Shown in pieces: positions 46,299 through 48,796 of a stretch of DNA of 48,796 bases. How positions within the stretch are numbered: the first letter of the stretch is position 1; each line of letters opens with the position of its first letter. The stretch is from contig CALVTC010000002.1 of NCBI GenBank assembly GCA_944359885.1, positions 1-48,796 of the forward strand. The letters are read 5' to 3'. The translations under genes and the position numbers were made by a program. This stretch comes from an uncultured Bacilli bacterium. GTDB lineage: Bacteria; Bacillota_I; Bacilli_A; RF39; UBA660. A model generated the notes under the pieces. That model was not told the origin of the DNA. It ran no database searches and saw only the letters and a program-made list of their open reading frames with translations.

Positions 46299-47918
46299 TT
46301 AATTTTCAAATACTTCCATCACTAATGGTACTACATGTTTTTTACGAGAAACACAATTCTCAATAAAATGTCCCTCTTCTACATTTTCTAGTTCGTAAAT
46401 AACATTAACTACTTCTTGACCTTTTGTATTAAAAATAACATAACTACCATTCTTAATAATATCTGTAACATACAAAGCAACAAAATCATAGTGATTTGCT
46501 TCTGCAACTTCATCTAAAGTAGCAACATATCCATTCAATTCTTTTTTCATCTCATCAAAATTCATAGTAAAGAATTGTCCAATTGCAAAAGTCTTCTCAT
46601 TAACAGTATATAATTTAAAGTCATTATATAATACATCTTCTTTACTCATACCCTCTAAAGAAGTACCTGCTTTCAACATATCCATACCATACACTTGATA
46701 ATCTACACCACTAATACGTGCCAACTCTTCTACAGCTTCTCTATCTTTAGGTGTCGCTGTTGGACTCTTTAAAATTAAAGTATCAGATAATATTCCAGAA
46801 AGTAAAGCTCCAGCAATCTCCCTTGGAATATCTACTCCTCTTTCCTTATATAAAGTATATACAATCGTACAAGTAGAACCAACTGCCATATTACGAAAAT
46901 TAATAGGACTACTTGTAGTAATACTACCCAAATTATGGTGATCGAATATCTCTAAAATATTAGCTTCATCTAATCCCTCTATACTTTGCAATTTTTCATT
47001 ATGATCAACTAAAATAACATTTTTAGGGTGTTTTTCATTTAAATCTGTAATACGAAGTAATCCCAAACAATGATTTTTCTTATCAACAATAGGATAATTA
47101 GTATGTTTTAATTTATTATTAATATCAAGAACTGTATCCACATACTCATTTTCTTCAAACTTAGTAGGATTATAACTTCTAATCATCATCTTAATATAAT
47201 TAGTAAGTGGTAAAAGTCTAGCAATATGATAAGAATCATATGGTGTACGAATAATATTAACTTTATTTTTTCTAGCAATCTCAATATGCTCATCTTTAAT
47301 AACAGAATCTCCTGCTAAGATAAGTAATTTAACTCCAGAAGAGACTGCATACTCAATTACACTATGACGATCCCCTACAATTAAAATATCTTTAGAAGTA
47401 AGAGAAATTTGATTAATAAATGTACTACTGCGATAAGCAGCAACTAATATTTTACCAACAATCTCTTCATCAAATTTTAAAACTTCTTCTCCCTTTAAAA
47501 CATGCATAACATTCTGATAAGAAGTATATAACTCCTCATAATTAGCATTAACAATCATATGAGATAAATCTTTAATAGTTATAAGACCAAGAAATTTATT
47601 TTTCTTCTCTACTACAGGAACTCCAGTTACTCCTTCCTGCAACATCTTTTGATAACCATCATAAATAGAATCTGTATCTTTAATAAAAAATCCCTTATGA
47701 TAATTAACATCTTTAATTTGTAATTTTACATCATTTAAATATTCTGGTTCCTTTAAACCAAAATAATCAAGAGCATATTTAGTTTCTTTATTAACATTAC
47801 CCAAAATTCTTGGCTCTGTATTTTCATTTAATTGATTTTTTAAATAAGAAAGTCCAATTGCAGACATAACAGAATCAGAATCTGGTTTTTTATGCCCAAA
47901 AATATATGTTTTTTCCAT
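46299..47918 (-). CDS. ppaC: CBS-domain-containing family II inorganic pyrophosphatase (DHH/DHHA2 with a CBS-DRTGG insert)
   Basis: GHKKPDSDSV, VDHNE and DHH-type FDHHNLG motifs, CBS pairs, a GDRHS (DRTGG-like) segment and the DHHA2 C-terminus. I prefer the ATG at 47918 (MEKTYIFGH) over the ORF-track start at 47981. Confidence 0.85.
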   Translation of the reverse strand: MEKTYIFGHKKPDSDSVMSAIGLSYLKNQLNENTEPRILGNVNKETKYALDYFGLKEPEYLNDVKLQIKDVNYHKGFFIKDTDSIYDGYQKMLQEGVTGVPVVEKKNKFLGLITIKDLSHMIVNANYEELYTSYQNVMHVLKGEEVLKFDEEIVGKILVAAYRSSTFINQISLTSKDILIVGDRHSVIEYAVSSGVKLLILAGDSVIKDEHIEIARKNKVNIIRTPYDSYHIARLLPLTNYIKMMIRSYNPTKFEENEYVDTVLDINNKLKHTNYPIVDKKNHCLGLLRITDLNEKHPKNVILVDHNEKLQSIEGLDEANILEIFDHHNLGSITTSSPINFRNMAVGSTCTIVYTLYKERGVDIPREIAGALLSGILSDTLILKSPTATPKDREAVEELARISGVDYQVYGMDMLKAGTSLEGMSKEDVLYNDFKLYTVNEKTFAIGQFFTMNFDEMKKELNGYVATLDEVAEANHYDFVALYVTDIIKNGSYVIFNTKGQEVVNVIYELENVEEGHFIENCVSRKKHVVPLVMEVFEN

Positions 47919-48042
47919 ACTATCACTTCTTTCTTGCAAAATTATAACATAAAAATAAAAGAAAAAAAAGAGCGAAAACACCTCAAATATTCCAAATTAT
48001 GTATATTTTTAGCGATTTCTCGAAAAGAAAAAGATAGCAAAG

Positions 48043-48543
48043 CTATCTCATTTTAACAAAATTTACTACTAAGAACATAAACAAAAACATAGCAGTACGA
48101 AGTTGTCGATGCATACAATATCCTTTTTCATACAATGCCGCAACATCATCAACCGCATCCACAATCCAACTCTCCAAATATTTTGGTGGAGTAAACGTAA
48201 CAGGAAACATATGCGTACGAATAATATCAATTTGTTTTTCTGATAAATCAACATATTTAGAAGCATTTTTTACAGCATATTCTGGATGATGTCTCAAACG
48301 TCCAACTCTATTCTCACTATCTACTTCATCCAAGAAAAAATCATGAAGCAAAGCAGCTTCAGTTACTTCTTTATAATCTAATCTTAATGACTTACTAATT
48401 TTATAAGAATAATAAGCAACTCTCATAGAATGATCAAATCTAGTAATCCCATGATGAGTAATATATTTTAAACGGTTAAACTCTTCTATTTCAAGAATCG
48501 GACTAACAATACTATCAAACTCTTCATCTGTATAACTATTCAT
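48043..48543 (-). CDS. HD-domain phosphohydrolase with a C-terminal hydrophobic tail
   Basis: 166 aa. H...HS.RVA and LLHDF (the HD motif). The last ~20 aa are hydrophobic. Confidence 0.7.
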   Translation of the reverse strand: MNSYTDEEFDSIVSPILEIEEFNRLKYITHHGITRFDHSMRVAYYSYKISKSLRLDYKEVTEAALLHDFFLDEVDSENRVGRLRHHPEYAVKNASKYVDLSEKQIDIIRTHMFPVTFTPPKYLESWIVDAVDDVAALYEKGYCMHRQLRTAMFLFMFLVVNFVKMR

Positions 48544-48796
48544 ATAAACATCCTTTTCTATATCCCATATATTTTATGCAACTTCTTACCCTATCATGAT
48601 AACATAAAACCATATAGAGTGCAAGTTATAATTTTCCAATATCATAAAGAATAGAGGAAAATGTCCACTAAAGTATAACACAAATCATCAAAGATAGTGT
48701 AAAATTATTTGGGGCAAACAAAAAAGAAAGACCTTAATGTTATAATAAACTTGATCAACATATAATAACGGAGGTCTTTCTTATGGATATAATATC

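Noticed and set aside
1-48796. Whole-window scan for rRNA, tRNA, CRISPR arrays, integrases/recombinases, toxin-antitoxin pairs, restriction-modification genes or known defence genes.
   Set aside because: None was recognisable by eye. All intergenic regions are shorter than 340 nt and contain no cloverleaf-like or array-like structure. The only mobile-element trace is the TnpB relic at 17920-18141.

Overview
AT-rich (about 30% GC by eye) chromosomal core region of a low-GC Gram-positive bacterium (Bacillota). The hrcA-grpE-dnaK operon with CIRCE, the ylbD-ylbE-ylbF-rsmD synteny, a SpoVB-like flippase and HelD suggest a Bacilli or Erysipelotrichia-type genome. I count about 47 protein genes, and all but four (rnhC, the flippase and a two-component pair) are on the minus strand. 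Most are housekeeping: ppdK, trxA, rnhC, folA-thyA, the heat-shock operon, rsmD, parE/parC, recD2, mtaB, helD, a phosphohexomutase, uppP and a CBS-type family II pyrophosphatase. I found no rRNA, tRNA, CRISPR array, integrase or intact mobile element.

The main finding is an array of five divergent tandem paralogs of 144-157 aa with no family I recognise. It sits inside the otherwise adjacent parE-parC (topoisomerase IV) gene pair and appears to be co-transcribed with it.

Other points worth a second look:
- a 583-aa protein combining a prepilin-like leader, a glycine-rich module, a discoidin-like domain and a ricin-type lectin domain, in the slot after rsmD
- a roughly 45-aa TnpB N-terminal relic abutting a dual-CIRCE consensus promoter
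- pepF inserted between dnaK and dnaJ
- a Lys-rich protein with a 162-nt in-frame tandem duplication
- a polytopic membrane XRE regulator
- a 55-aa ORF absent from the ORF track

All family assignments are by-eye motif recognition. No database search was run.
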